Part shown: positions 29,794 through 40,304 of the stretch, in pieces | How positions within the stretch are numbered: the stretch's first letter is position 1 | Layout of the letters: each line of letters starts with the position of its first letter | From: Bacteroidota bacterium | GTDB taxonomy: Bacteria; Bacteroidota; Bacteroidia; AKYH767-A; OLB10 | DNA: 64,000 nt | NCBI GenBank assembly: GCA_031366005.1 | Contig: JANLZB010000068.1 | Span: 20,311-84,310, forward strand | Direction of reading: 5' to 3' | Made by a program: the position numbers and the translations under genes | Notes under the pieces: generated by a model | What the model was told of the DNA's origin: nothing | What the model saw: only the letters and a program-made list of their open reading frames with translations | Databases searched by the model: none

Positions 29794-30888
29794 ATGCAAT
29801 TAAAACAAATCATCGAAACCATAGAGCAATTTGCTTCTCCATCCTACCAGGAAAGTTATGATAATGCAGGGCTAATTACAGGCAATGGTGAAATGGAAAT
29901 TACCGGAGCTCTTATTTGCCTTGATAGCACCGAAGCGGTTATTGATGAAGCCATCCGGAAACACTGCAACCTCATCATTGCCCATCATCCCATCGTATTC
30001 AGTGGCATCAAAAAACTGAATGGCAAAAATTATGTGGAACGAACAATTATAAAAGCAATTAAAAACGATATTGCCATTTATGCTGCTCATACTAATCTCG
30101 ACAATGTTTATAAAGGGGTGAACCATAAAATCGCTGAAAAGCTGGGCTTAACCAATCTTAAAATTCTAGCACCGGTAAATGGCAAACTCCGCAAACTGGT
30201 AACCTTTGCACCTCATAGCAATATTGATGCTGTGCGTAATGCACTTTTTGAAGCAGGTGCAGGCAGTATTGGTAATTATGATGAATGCAGTTTTAACATT
30301 GAAGGAATTGGCACTTTTCGTGGAAACGAAGCAAGCAAACCTACCGTTGGGGAGAAAGGAAAACGGCAAAACGAACCCGAAACCCGTATTGAAGTTATCT
30401 ATGAAATGATTCATGAAAAGGCCATTTTATCTGCCCTCCGTAAATCGCACGCTTACGAGGAAATTGCTTACGACATTTATCCGCTGGAAAACAATTACCA
30501 GCATATCGGTTCAGGCATGATCGGAGAATTTGCTCAACCTAAAAAGCCTGATGACTTTCTTTCGCATGTTAAATCCGCTATGAAAACGCAATGCATCCGC
30601 CATACTGCTTTACTGCCAGGTAACATTAAAACCGTAGCGGTTTGTGGTGGTTCAGGAAGCTTTTTATTGTCACAAGCCATTGTGGCAGGAGCCCAGGCAT
30701 TTATTACTGCCGATTTTAAATATCACCAGTTTTTTGACGCAGATAACCGCATTCTAATAGCTGATATCGGTCATTATGAAAGTGAGCAGTTTACTGGCGA
30801 GATATTTGAAAACCTCATAAGGCAAAAATTTAATACATTTGCCGTCCATTTGTCAGAAACGAATACAAATCCGGTCAGCTATTTTTGA
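29794..30888 (+). CDS. Nif3-like dinuclear metal centre protein
   Basis: DNAGL, HHP, HTNLD and GHYESE motifs with a PII-like insert (HAYEE). Confidence 0.92.
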   Translation: MQLKQIIETIEQFASPSYQESYDNAGLITGNGEMEITGALICLDSTEAVIDEAIRKHCNLIIAHHPIVFSGIKKLNGKNYVERTIIKAIKNDIAIYAAHTNLDNVYKGVNHKIAEKLGLTNLKILAPVNGKLRKLVTFAPHSNIDAVRNALFEAGAGSIGNYDECSFNIEGIGTFRGNEASKPTVGEKGKRQNEPETRIEVIYEMIHEKAILSALRKSHAYEEIAYDIYPLENNYQHIGSGMIGEFAQPKKPDDFLSHVKSAMKTQCIRHTALLPGNIKTVAVCGGSGSFLLSQAIVAGAQAFITADFKYHQFFDADNRILIADIGHYESEQFTGEIFENLIRQKFNTFAVHLSETNTNPVSYF

Positions 30889-30960
30889 TTGAAAATTAAA
30901 GATTGAAGATTGGTTTAAATTCATAACTCATAATTCATAACTAATAACTTTAAAAAAAAC

Positions 30961-31803
30961 ATGGCTTTAAAAAAGGCAACAAAAACGCTTAAAGAGAGAC
31001 AAAAAGAAAAGGCAGAAGCAGCTCTGAAGCCGGCTCCTAAAAAGATAAATCCTTTAGCGCGTCCTATTGTAAAAGGTGATAACACCGTGGAAGATAAACT
31101 GCGTGCATTATATCAACTACAGTTGATTGACAGTGAGGTGGACAAAATCCGCAATATACGTGGTGAGCTACCTTTAGAAGTGAGTGACCTCGAAGATGAA
31201 ATTGTAGGTCTTGAAACCCGCGTTAACAACTATTCAGAAGAAGAAAAAAAGATTGAAGAGCAGATAAGAAACCGCAAGCAGGCAATTAAAGATGCCAATG
31301 CGATGATTAAGAAATACCAGAGTCAGCAAATGGCGGTAAAAAACAACCGTGAGTATGATTCAATCAATAAAGAAATAGAGTTTCAAAATCTTGAAATACA
31401 GCTCAGCGAAAAGCGCATTAAAGAATCAACAGCAGAGCTTGCAGCCAAAAAACAAATTGTGGAAGCAGCCAAAGCAAGTCTTGAAGAGCGCAAAGCAGCT
31501 TTAAAAGATAAAAAAGAGGAGCTTGATTCTATTGTTGCAGAAACAGAGAAGGAAGAAAAAACCTTATTAAAAGAATCTGCTAAAGCAGAAAACATTATTG
31601 AAGATCGTTTGCTTACTGCCTACAAACGCATACGAACCAATATGCGCAATGGATTGGGTGTGGTGAGTATTACACGTGATGCCTGCGGAGGATGTTTTAA
31701 TAAAATTCCGCCACAGCGCCAGCTTGATATCCGTCAGCGTAAAAAAGTAATCGTGTGCGAGCACTGCGGACGAGTGCTGGTGGATGCTGCAATACTTGAT
31801 TGA
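30961..31803 (+). CDS. Coiled-coil C4-type zinc-ribbon protein
   Basis: Long coiled coil followed by CGGCF...CEHCGR; usual downstream neighbour of Nif3. Confidence 0.9.
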   Translation: MALKKATKTLKERQKEKAEAALKPAPKKINPLARPIVKGDNTVEDKLRALYQLQLIDSEVDKIRNIRGELPLEVSDLEDEIVGLETRVNNYSEEEKKIEEQIRNRKQAIKDANAMIKKYQSQQMAVKNNREYDSINKEIEFQNLEIQLSEKRIKESTAELAAKKQIVEAAKASLEERKAALKDKKEELDSIVAETEKEEKTLLKESAKAENIIEDRLLTAYKRIRTNMRNGLGVVSITRDACGGCFNKIPPQRQLDIRQRKKVIVCEHCGRVLVDAAILD

Positions 31804-31824
31804 TAGTTTAAGTAGTTATAAAGT

Positions 31825-31863
31825 AAAAATCCCTGTATGAGACTCATGCAGGGATTTTTTTTT
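31825..31863. terminator. Bidirectional intrinsic terminator
   Basis: AAAAATCCCTGTATGAG..CTCATGCAGGGATTTTTTTTT between convergent genes. Confidence 0.85.
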
Positions 31864-31877
31864 GTGGTATAAACCGT

Positions 31878-32297
31878 TTATGCAGTTACCTGCTCCAATT
31901 GCGCCTCATGTGTTATTTCGCAATTTAAAAGTTTTGAAACAGGACAAGTCATACGTGCTTCTTTTACTATTTCCTCAAATTTTTCAGGAGTTATGCCCGG
32001 TACGTTACCCTTAACGGTGAGATGAGAAGTAGTGATGGTTCCCGCTTCAATAGTAATATCACAACGGGTGTTAATATTATCAGGCGGAAACCCTGCGTTA
32101 CCTAACAAAATACTTAATTTCATGCTGAAGCAGCCAGAATGTGCTGCGGCAATCAATTCTTCGGGATTAGATTCCTTTCCATCCTCAAAACGCGAGTGAA
32201 ATGTATAAGGCAAATTGCTTATTAAATTGCTTTGAGTGGTAAGTGATCCTGTACCCTCTTTCGCGCCTTTCCAGTTAGCTGTTGCAAATCTTTTCAT
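31878..32297 (-). CDS. osmC: OsmC family peroxiredoxin
   Basis: ATG at 32297 (MKRFATANWKG); SNPEELIAAAHSGCFSM and CPVSK motifs. Confidence 0.92.
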   Translation of the reverse strand: MKRFATANWKGAKEGTGSLTTQSNLISNLPYTFHSRFEDGKESNPEELIAAAHSGCFSMKLSILLGNAGFPPDNINTRCDITIEAGTITTSHLTVKGNVPGITPEKFEEIVKEARMTCPVSKLLNCEITHEAQLEQVTA

Positions 32298-32673
32298 AAT
32301 GTTTTTAGTTTTAAAATGAGAGGGCAAAGATAGATAAGAGTTGGTGTTTGTTATCACTTCTTATTTCAAGTTAGGTTTCAGTTAAACCCTTCCGTTTATT
32401 CAGGAGATTCCTGATGGACAGGAATAAACTTGTTGAAAAAAAACCAACAAGGTTCGCGCAAAAGAACCCCAACAAGAGTGAATAATAAAGTAGTCCAGAA
32501 ATGAAAAACTCTGCGAAAACTAAAAAAACAAATAAGTGTCGATCTCCAACCTTAGTTTATTCACTCATATAATTTATTAAGCTTTCTTACGGTAAAATCT
32601 TGTGTATTCACCATAATAATTAAACCTACCCTTTACTTCCTCATATTTTAGCAATTCAAAAAACGAATTATAC

Positions 32674-34596
32674 ATGAAACTTCTATGTGTGACCTCTGAG
32701 AGGAAAATTGTCATTCTGTCTATATTTTTTACATTATGGAGTATTTTTAATTTGAAAGCGCAAACCTTTCCTACGGATTTCAGTCAGCAGTTGGTGGCAA
32801 ATGGCTTTGCAAAACCAACGGTGTTTGCCTTTGCACCTGACGGACGTTTATTTGTTGCAGAACAGACCGGCAGGGTGCGAATTATCAAGAATGGCAACCT
32901 GCTTACGCGTCAATTTATGAAGGTTATTGTAAATTCTAATGGCGAACGCGGCTTGCTTGGCATGGCCTTCGACCCTAACTTCAGCACTAATCATTATTTA
33001 TATGTCTATTACACCAGGCAAAACAAAGTCAACAACAGAATCAGCCGCTTTACTGCCAGTGGAGATACGGTAGTTCCTGGCAGTGAGACAGTTGTTCTGG
33101 ATTTGGATTCTATACACAATGTTAATGATAATGCGGGCATTCTTCAATTTGGATTAGATGGAAAACTATATGTTAGTGTCGGAGAAAATGCAAACCCACC
33201 TAATGCTCAAAACCTCGACACTTATCACGGTAAAATTTTGCGTATTAATTCAGATGGAAGTGTTCCTGCAGGCAATCCATTTACCACTGGGAGCCCTCAG
33301 CGCCAGCGTGTATGGGCATATGGAGTAAGAAACCCTTACACAATTGCTGTTCAACCCGTTACCGGGCGAATTTTTATGAATGATGTGGGCACTTCATATT
33401 GGGAAGAGGTGAATGAATGCACCACCGGGGGAAATAATTATGGCTTCCCTTACGTGCAAGGAATGAGTGGAAATCCGGCTTACACAGATCCAATCTATAC
33501 TTATGCACATGGCTCTGCCATTGGAGAGGGATGCGCCATCACAGGTGGAACTTTCTTTAGTCCTACTTCGACCAATTATCCGAGCACTTATATTGGAAAT
33601 TATTTTTTTCTCGATTTCTGTGGAGGTTGGATAGATATGCTCACCTTAAACGGAACAACCGTTACTCGATCTAACTTTGCATCGGGTATTACAGGTCTAA
33701 TGCTTGGAATGGCTGTAGGACCAGATGGAAATATTTACTACATGTCGAGAACAGATGGTGCTGTATACAAAATTATTTACGGTCCTCCGACCCTTACAAC
33801 AATATTGAATCCTGAGGCTGATGCTTACGTTCGCGGTGGCACATATGCAAATACTAATTATGGCGCGACAACCAACCTTTTAACACAGACTAATGCTGGT
33901 GCAGGATCGAACTATGAAACCTTTATACGATATGATCTCACATCATTCATTGGAACAGTTTCTTCTGCCAAATTGAGAATGTATGGAGGGTTAAATAACA
34001 CCACCATTCCAAGTTTGAATGTAGAAGCTCATCATTGCACTGATACAACATGGCAGGAAAACGCTGTCACTTATAATACCCGGCCTGCAGCGGATTCCAC
34101 CGTTCTGGCTACAACCCCTATTTCCGGAACTGTGAAGGGATACTATGAATGGGACATCACTTCGAAGATCAATGCCCTGAAAAATGCTGGTGCCACAGCC
34201 GTTACAATCAAATTAAACAACACATCCGCCAGCGGAACCCTCGCAGTGTTCAGTTCAAGGCAGGCAACCAGCAATAAACCACAGTTAGTAATTGCATATA
34301 CATCGCCACGAATGATGGCTAACACCCAACGAGATGAAAACATTGTTCCGGACTTTGATATTTTCCCCAATCCTGCTGGCAATTTCTTCAATATCACTTT
34401 AAAGAACGTGGAGGGTGATGCATTCGTGGATATTTATGATATCAAAGGGCAGTTAGTAATGAAAAAGACAATCGAAAACAGTAACCACGAGCGCATAGAT
34501 GCTGAGAGGCTGGAGAACGGAGTATATCTTATTAAAGTTTCTGACGAATATGGAGTTATGACTAAGAAAGTTATTCTCAATAAGAGAAGAGAATAA
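32674..34596 (+). CDS. PQQ-dependent glucose/sorbosone dehydrogenase-like propeller + DNRLRE/CBM96-like domain + T9SS CTD
   Basis: GERGLLGMAFDP, FGLDGKLYVSVG, GKILRI and YGVRNP motifs; ADAYVRGG..NYG..WQENAVTYN..PQL domain; FPNPA CTD. Confidence 0.85.
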   Translation: MKLLCVTSERKIVILSIFFTLWSIFNLKAQTFPTDFSQQLVANGFAKPTVFAFAPDGRLFVAEQTGRVRIIKNGNLLTRQFMKVIVNSNGERGLLGMAFDPNFSTNHYLYVYYTRQNKVNNRISRFTASGDTVVPGSETVVLDLDSIHNVNDNAGILQFGLDGKLYVSVGENANPPNAQNLDTYHGKILRINSDGSVPAGNPFTTGSPQRQRVWAYGVRNPYTIAVQPVTGRIFMNDVGTSYWEEVNECTTGGNNYGFPYVQGMSGNPAYTDPIYTYAHGSAIGEGCAITGGTFFSPTSTNYPSTYIGNYFFLDFCGGWIDMLTLNGTTVTRSNFASGITGLMLGMAVGPDGNIYYMSRTDGAVYKIIYGPPTLTTILNPEADAYVRGGTYANTNYGATTNLLTQTNAGAGSNYETFIRYDLTSFIGTVSSAKLRMYGGLNNTTIPSLNVEAHHCTDTTWQENAVTYNTRPAADSTVLATTPISGTVKGYYEWDITSKINALKNAGATAVTIKLNNTSASGTLAVFSSRQATSNKPQLVIAYTSPRMMANTQRDENIVPDFDIFPNPAGNFFNITLKNVEGDAFVDIYDIKGQLVMKKTIENSNHERIDAERLENGVYLIKVSDEYGVMTKKVILNKRRE

Positions 34597-34693
34597 ATGA
34601 ACTGTTTATTTTCCGGTTGGTGTTCTTTTTTTCCATCAACCTGTACTATGTCGTAGCAACTGTAAACTGTAAACCGTAAACTGTAAACTTTTT

Positions 34694-35353
34694 TTAATTC
34701 TTCTGAAAAAACACTGAAGCATCCACCAGTTTATTTTCCACCACGGCAAAAACCTGGTCACCATCCTCGGGTTCTATTACATATCCGCCTGTGAAATAAC
34801 CAAAGCTTGGAAGCACGGCCTGTTGCTTTCCGAAATAAAAACAAGGAAACTTAAAATGCTGGTTTGCCTTGCCTGTTAATTTTATTACGGGATGTATATG
34901 TCCTGCAATGTTGTAGTTCAATCCATCATAGTTAGTTTTTGGATGGTGAGTGAAACTAAAGGGATTAAATCTAAATTCTTTTTTATGAATAGAAAGCGGC
35001 AATGAAGAATAGCACTCATCATTAAACTGATCATGATTTCCAAGTACAATATGCATTTCCACCGAATGGTATTTTTTTCTCCATGCACAGAAATGCTCCC
35101 ATTCACTATTCATGGAGCTATGGAAAAGATCTCCTGTAAAAATAATGATGTGCGCATTGTTTGTTAAAATCAATTCATCCAGCCGTTTGAAATTATTTTT
35201 GATTGCCTGCAACGGAAGCGGAATTCCTTCCTTGCGGAAATGCGAAATTTTACCGAGATGGAGATCGCTGATTAAAAGCGCTTTTTCTTCCTGCCAGAAA
35301 ACAGCTTTTTGCGGAAGCAGCGTAAAGTGATTATTTCTGATTACAATTTGCAT
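34694..35353 (-). CDS. pdeM: Ligase-associated DNA damage response metallophosphoesterase PdeM
   Basis: SDLHLGK, GDLFH, GNHD, GHIHP and PSFGYFTGG motifs; adjacent to the Lhr-like helicase. Confidence 0.88.
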   Translation of the reverse strand: MQIVIRNNHFTLLPQKAVFWQEEKALLISDLHLGKISHFRKEGIPLPLQAIKNNFKRLDELILTNNAHIIIFTGDLFHSSMNSEWEHFCAWRKKYHSVEMHIVLGNHDQFNDECYSSLPLSIHKKEFRFNPFSFTHHPKTNYDGLNYNIAGHIHPVIKLTGKANQHFKFPCFYFGKQQAVLPSFGYFTGGYVIEPEDGDQVFAVVENKLVDASVFFQKN

Positions 35354-35550
35354 TGATTTATTAAATATCAAAAATATTGCATGACCCAAATTTAACTTTA
35401 GTAGAAAAGATCGCTCTCCCATCAAAACCTTATTACCTTATTGATAGAAAATAAGTGAATAAAGTCGGGGTTAAGTTACAGACTTATTCTACTAAGGTTT
35501 AATTTTTTCAAATTAATATTCTGTTTCTGCAACACATAAATACTGAGAGC

Positions 35551-38076
35551 CTATTTGTCTATTTGCTTAATAAGTTTCTGAATGCGATCCTCTATTTTTT
35601 CAGAAGTTAACTGCTCGCGGAAACGGTCCACTAAAATAGGAAATGCAAACGGAGTGGGACGCTCAGGATACTTAATAATTATTTGTTGTTGAGCAATACG
35701 TTGCAATGCTTTTCGCATGCGATGTTCCTCCAGCTGCTGATCAAGAGACTCCTGATATGCTTGTCTTATTAATAAATTATTTGGCTCATGCTCGCGAATG
35801 ACTTCAAACAATAATGATGAAGAAGCCTGGATATGTTTTGTCTTCATTGATTTTCCCGGGTAACCGGTAAAAATCAATCCTGCAATAGAGGCAATCTCAC
35901 GAAATTTTCTCTTCGCCATTTCAATTGAATTCACACTGTGCTGAATGTCATCCAGCAAATTCTCAGTAGTAAATAAATTATGTTCTTCTAATACATCACT
36001 GAGATTAATATAAGTATCACTCAATAATTCAAACCCATAATCACTCATTGCAATTGAAAAACTTATCGGTGTTATTTTACTTATCCGGTAAGCAATAACA
36101 GCGGAAAGCCCTTCGTGCACAAGCCGTCCTTCAAAAGGGAAAATAAAAATATGATGGCCTTCTTTTGTTTCGCATTGTTCAATCAACAATTGATGATGCG
36201 TAGGAATTGCTGAGTGATCATGTTGCAATTGTAATAATGGTTGAAGTTTTTTTATCTCCGGCTCTGTGGCATTGGGATTTAAAATACCATCTAACCGTTC
36301 GCGGATAAATTCGGAAAGTTGTGATGATAAAGCAATCCTGCTGCCTTGCCAGCTTGGTACGGTTCCTTTCGTTTTGGATGATTTGCGTACCTGGGCAATC
36401 ATTTCACGCACACGAATAAATTCAAGATTCATTCCACCAAAAGAAAACACATCACCTGGTTTTAATCTCGAGATAAATGATTCTTCAATGGTTCCAATGT
36501 ATTTTCCACTGAGAAATTTCACGCTGATGGCTGCATCAGATACTATGGTTCCCATGCTTAAACGATGGCGCATTGCAATACGTTTGTCTTTCACTATAAA
36601 AAGATTTCCATCTCTCTCCACTTTTCTAAATTCATCATAAGCAATTAATGTTGCTCCACCGGTAGTGATAAAACCTAACAACCACTCCCATTCGTTCCTC
36701 GTTATATACTGATAAGCAAAAGTGGATTTGATTTCATTAAATAACTTCTCTTCTTCAAATCCATCACCCACTGCCAGTGTTACCATGTATTGAGCAAGCA
36801 CATCATAAGCATTAACAACAGGCAAGCGATCTTCAATAATATTTCTCTCCACTCCCACGCGTAAGGAAACTGCTTCAATTAATTCAAGTGCATGTGTGGG
36901 TACAAAATATATTTTACTGGTTTCACCCGGGCGATGACCGCTTCTTCCTGCACGTTGTAAGAAGCGCGAAACACTTTTCGGACTTCCCACCTGTATTACA
37001 GTTTCAACCGGACGAAAATCCACTCCGAGATCAAGGCTTGAAGTACAAACAACAAGTTTAAGTTTTTCATTATGCAAAGCATCTTCTACCCAGTTACGTA
37101 TTTCCCGATCAAGCGAACCGTGATGGATTGCCATTTGACCTGCTAGTTCTGGATATTTTTCTAAAATAAAACGATACCATATCTCAGTTTGTGATCGCAC
37201 ATTGATAAATAACAGTGTTGATTTACTATTGAGAACAATGGGCATTATTTTATCTAACAGATTTGTTCCGAGATAACCAGCCCAGGGCAAGCTTTCTATT
37301 TTATCAGGAAGAACTGATTCAACAATTATTTTCTTTTTTAATGTGGAGGTAATAATGATACTCTTATCCGCCTTATCCCCTTGCCCCTCTCCACAGGACA
37401 GGGGAGCGTTTTCCGAAAGTTGAATTTCTGATAATAATTTTCTTTTAAAATTTACTCCTAACAAAACATTTTTTGCTTGTTCAAGATTTCCGATGGTTGC
37501 TGATATGCCCCATGTTAAAACATCAGGTTGAATATTTCTTAAACGCGCCAATGCAAGCTCCGTTTGCACACCGCGTTTAGTGCTTAGCAGTTCATGCCAT
37601 TCATCCACAACTATTAATTTAAGATGTCTGAAAACTTCTGCATTATCCTTTGTTGCAAAAAGCAAATGAAGACTTTCAGGAGTGATAAGCAGCACCTGTG
37701 GCATTGCTTTTTTCTGTGCAGTTTTATCCTTCGCACTCATGTCGCCAGTTCGAACTCCCACCTGCCAGGGAATTTCCATTTCATCACAGGCAAGCTGTAG
37801 ATTACGTTGAATATCTTTGGTGAGCGCACGCAATGGTGTTATCCAAACAACGTATAATTGTGAAGCTCTCTTTTTCTTGTAATCCTTATTATTATTAATA
37901 TAATCAACCAAAACAGGTATAAACATTGCATACGTTTTACCTGAACCGGTTGGTGCATTCAGCAATCCACTTTTGCCTTCAACAAATGCAATCAAAGTTT
38001 GTTTTTGAAAGTCAGCGAGCTTCCACTTTTTTTGCTGAAGCCATTTTTGTATTACTTTTTGACCTGGAGAATCCAT
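35551..38076 (-). CDS. Ligase-associated DEXH-box (Lhr-like) helicase
   Basis: APTGSGKT, DEWHEL..KRG, SAT, TSSLDLGVDF and QRAGRSGH motifs. Confidence 0.93.
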   Translation of the reverse strand: MDSPGQKVIQKWLQQKKWKLADFQKQTLIAFVEGKSGLLNAPTGSGKTYAMFIPVLVDYINNNKDYKKKRASQLYVVWITPLRALTKDIQRNLQLACDEMEIPWQVGVRTGDMSAKDKTAQKKAMPQVLLITPESLHLLFATKDNAEVFRHLKLIVVDEWHELLSTKRGVQTELALARLRNIQPDVLTWGISATIGNLEQAKNVLLGVNFKRKLLSEIQLSENAPLSCGEGQGDKADKSIIITSTLKKKIIVESVLPDKIESLPWAGYLGTNLLDKIMPIVLNSKSTLLFINVRSQTEIWYRFILEKYPELAGQMAIHHGSLDREIRNWVEDALHNEKLKLVVCTSSLDLGVDFRPVETVIQVGSPKSVSRFLQRAGRSGHRPGETSKIYFVPTHALELIEAVSLRVGVERNIIEDRLPVVNAYDVLAQYMVTLAVGDGFEEEKLFNEIKSTFAYQYITRNEWEWLLGFITTGGATLIAYDEFRKVERDGNLFIVKDKRIAMRHRLSMGTIVSDAAISVKFLSGKYIGTIEESFISRLKPGDVFSFGGMNLEFIRVREMIAQVRKSSKTKGTVPSWQGSRIALSSQLSEFIRERLDGILNPNATEPEIKKLQPLLQLQHDHSAIPTHHQLLIEQCETKEGHHIFIFPFEGRLVHEGLSAVIAYRISKITPISFSIAMSDYGFELLSDTYINLSDVLEEHNLFTTENLLDDIQHSVNSIEMAKRKFREIASIAGLIFTGYPGKSMKTKHIQASSSLLFEVIREHEPNNLLIRQAYQESLDQQLEEHRMRKALQRIAQQQIIIKYPERPTPFAFPILVDRFREQLTSEKIEDRIQKLIKQIDK

Positions 38077-38367
38077 TATGTTATTAAATTAGAAAAACTG
38101 AGATTCAGAACAAAAAGTATCACTTGTATTCACACTGAAAATTAAGAAGCAAAATTAATAATATGACTCTCTTTAATGACGTGCTAACCAGCTTTGAATT
38201 CACATGAACAAAAATAATTATAACTGTACTCCTCACGTAAATAAAATGACGGAACAAAATATTAATTTAAAGTTTATATCTTTTAAAATTAGTCATTTTA
38301 ATTTCTGAACATGTAATTTAGCATCAGGTTAATTGAATTATTAATTAGTTTCGAAAAAAAGCTGGTT

Positions 38368-39405
38368 ATGAAGAATAAGCTTACCGCGATGCACCTGACC
38401 CACAAAAAAAATATTATTTACTTAATACTTTTTCTTTTATTATCAGTGATGATAAAATGCAAACCCTCACTAACTGAGGATGAAACAATACAAATTGCAA
38501 TAAATGATTCGCTGATGCATAAAAGGATTGCAGATTTATTTGACCGTTCACTGGAATGGGTTGCCCCGGATACTTCTACTTTATCTTTAAATGATTCAGG
38601 CAGAATAATACTTTATGGCCGCGATTTAATTGCAAACACTGCATTGTATTTAGGTCCTTATGGTAAAATATCTCAATCAAGTAATGGAATGAATTGTCAG
38701 AATTGTCATCTTGATGCAGGGACAAAACTCTATGCAAATAGTTTCAGTGCTGTTGCAGCTAACTATCCTAAATGGAGGCCACGTTCCGGTGCGCTTGAAT
38801 CAGTTGAGAAAAGAATAAATGATTGCATGGAACGCAGCATGAATGGAAAACAATTAGATAGCCTGAGCAATGAGATGCGTGCCATGGTAGCATATATAAA
38901 ATGGGTTGGAAAAGATGTAAAAAAAGATGTAACACCTAAAGGTGCTTCTGTTGTGGATCTTCCGTTTCTTAACCGTACAGCCGATACCGCAGCTGGAAGA
39001 ATTGGATACATTAAACATTGTATTACTTGTCATGGTATTGATGGTCAAGGCAAGTTGAATGATGATAAAAAAACATATCTATATCCTCCTTTATGGGGAC
39101 CGCATAGTTACAATGTAAGCGCAGGTTTATATCGGTTATCAAGGTTTGGCAGTTTTATAAAATCGAATATGCCTTACCTGACAAGCAGTAACGACAAGCC
39201 TACATTAACTGATGAGGAAGCATGGGATATTGCAGCATTTGTTAACAGCATGCCTCGCCCAGAAAAAAAATTTAAAGAAGATTATCCTGACATAACTAAA
39301 AAACCATTTGATCATCCTTTCGGCCCTTATGCTGATAATTATCCTGAATATCAACATAAGTACGGACCGTTTACAGAAATGCCTTCTGCTAAAAAGAAAA
39401 AGTAA
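38368..39405 (+). CDS. Diheme c-type cytochrome, thiosulfate dehydrogenase TsdA-like
   Basis: CQNCH and CITCH heme sites; RINDCMERSMNG motif; PPLWG..SYN; lipoprotein-like N-terminus. Confidence 0.75.
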   Translation: MKNKLTAMHLTHKKNIIYLILFLLLSVMIKCKPSLTEDETIQIAINDSLMHKRIADLFDRSLEWVAPDTSTLSLNDSGRIILYGRDLIANTALYLGPYGKISQSSNGMNCQNCHLDAGTKLYANSFSAVAANYPKWRPRSGALESVEKRINDCMERSMNGKQLDSLSNEMRAMVAYIKWVGKDVKKDVTPKGASVVDLPFLNRTADTAAGRIGYIKHCITCHGIDGQGKLNDDKKTYLYPPLWGPHSYNVSAGLYRLSRFGSFIKSNMPYLTSSNDKPTLTDEEAWDIAAFVNSMPRPEKKFKEDYPDITKKPFDHPFGPYADNYPEYQHKYGPFTEMPSAKKKK

Positions 39406-39517
39406 AATTTGATTCATATTAAAAATATTAAAACAAATATTACTTTTGATCATCGTTCTGTTCTGCATGTTGCTTAATTCATTTATTTAATATAAATCAT
39501 TAAAAACCACAACTCAC

Positions 39518-40243
39518 ATGAAAGAAAAAAAAGTATCACATCACACTGACCGCAGAGGATTTCTAGGAACCCTTGCAACAGGTGCTGCAGCACTGGGATT
39601 AACCACTCTGGCAGCACCATTGAAACTAAACGCTGAACCTGCTTCGCCTACTGAACCTGTTAACGAAGCAGACGCATGGTTTAACAAAGTAAAAGGTAAA
39701 CACAAAATTGTGTATGATGCTACCGAACCACATGAGGTTTTCCCTTTTGCATGGGCACGTGTATTCCTGATGACCAATGCTGCTACCGGTACACCTGAAA
39801 GCGATTGTGGCGTGGTAGTGATACTTCGTCATGCCGCTATAGGTTATGCCTTTGAAGACAGGTTGTGGGAAAAATACAAGTTTGCAGACATGTTTAAAGC
39901 GCGCGAAATCGGACCCGGTTTCCAGGCTGCAGATGCTTCAACAGCTTTGGACAAGCGGAACCCATTCTGGAAACCCAAACCAGGAGATTTTAAAGTTCCC
40001 GGCATAGGAAATGTTGCTATCGGAATTAATGAATTGCAGGAAAGTGGTGTGATGTTTTGCGTTTGCAATGCAGCCATGACAGTTTATACTTCTGTGGCGG
40101 CCATGCAGATGAATCTGAAAGCAGAAGATGTAATGGCTGACTGGAAAAAAGGATTGTTACCCGGAATACAAATTGTACCTTCCGGTGTGTGGGCAGTAGG
40201 TCGTGCACAGGAGCATGGATGCGCTTATTGCTTTGCAGGATAA
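39518..40243 (+). CDS. Tat-exported DsrE-like protein
   Basis: DRRGFL twin-arginine signal; FCVCNAA and VPSGVWAV..AQEHG resemble the DsrE/F fold. Confidence 0.65.
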   Translation: MKEKKVSHHTDRRGFLGTLATGAAALGLTTLAAPLKLNAEPASPTEPVNEADAWFNKVKGKHKIVYDATEPHEVFPFAWARVFLMTNAATGTPESDCGVVVILRHAAIGYAFEDRLWEKYKFADMFKAREIGPGFQAADASTALDKRNPFWKPKPGDFKVPGIGNVAIGINELQESGVMFCVCNAAMTVYTSVAAMQMNLKAEDVMADWKKGLLPGIQIVPSGVWAVGRAQEHGCAYCFAG

Positions 40244-40260
40244 AAATTTTTTGAATAATA

Positions 40261-40291
40261 AGGCAGGTGAAATTTAAGCCTGCCTTTTTTT
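40261..40291 (+). terminator. Intrinsic terminator
   Basis: AGGCAGG/CCTGCCT stem followed by a T-run. Confidence 0.75.
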
Positions 40292-40304
40292 AAAAAAATA
40301 ATTT

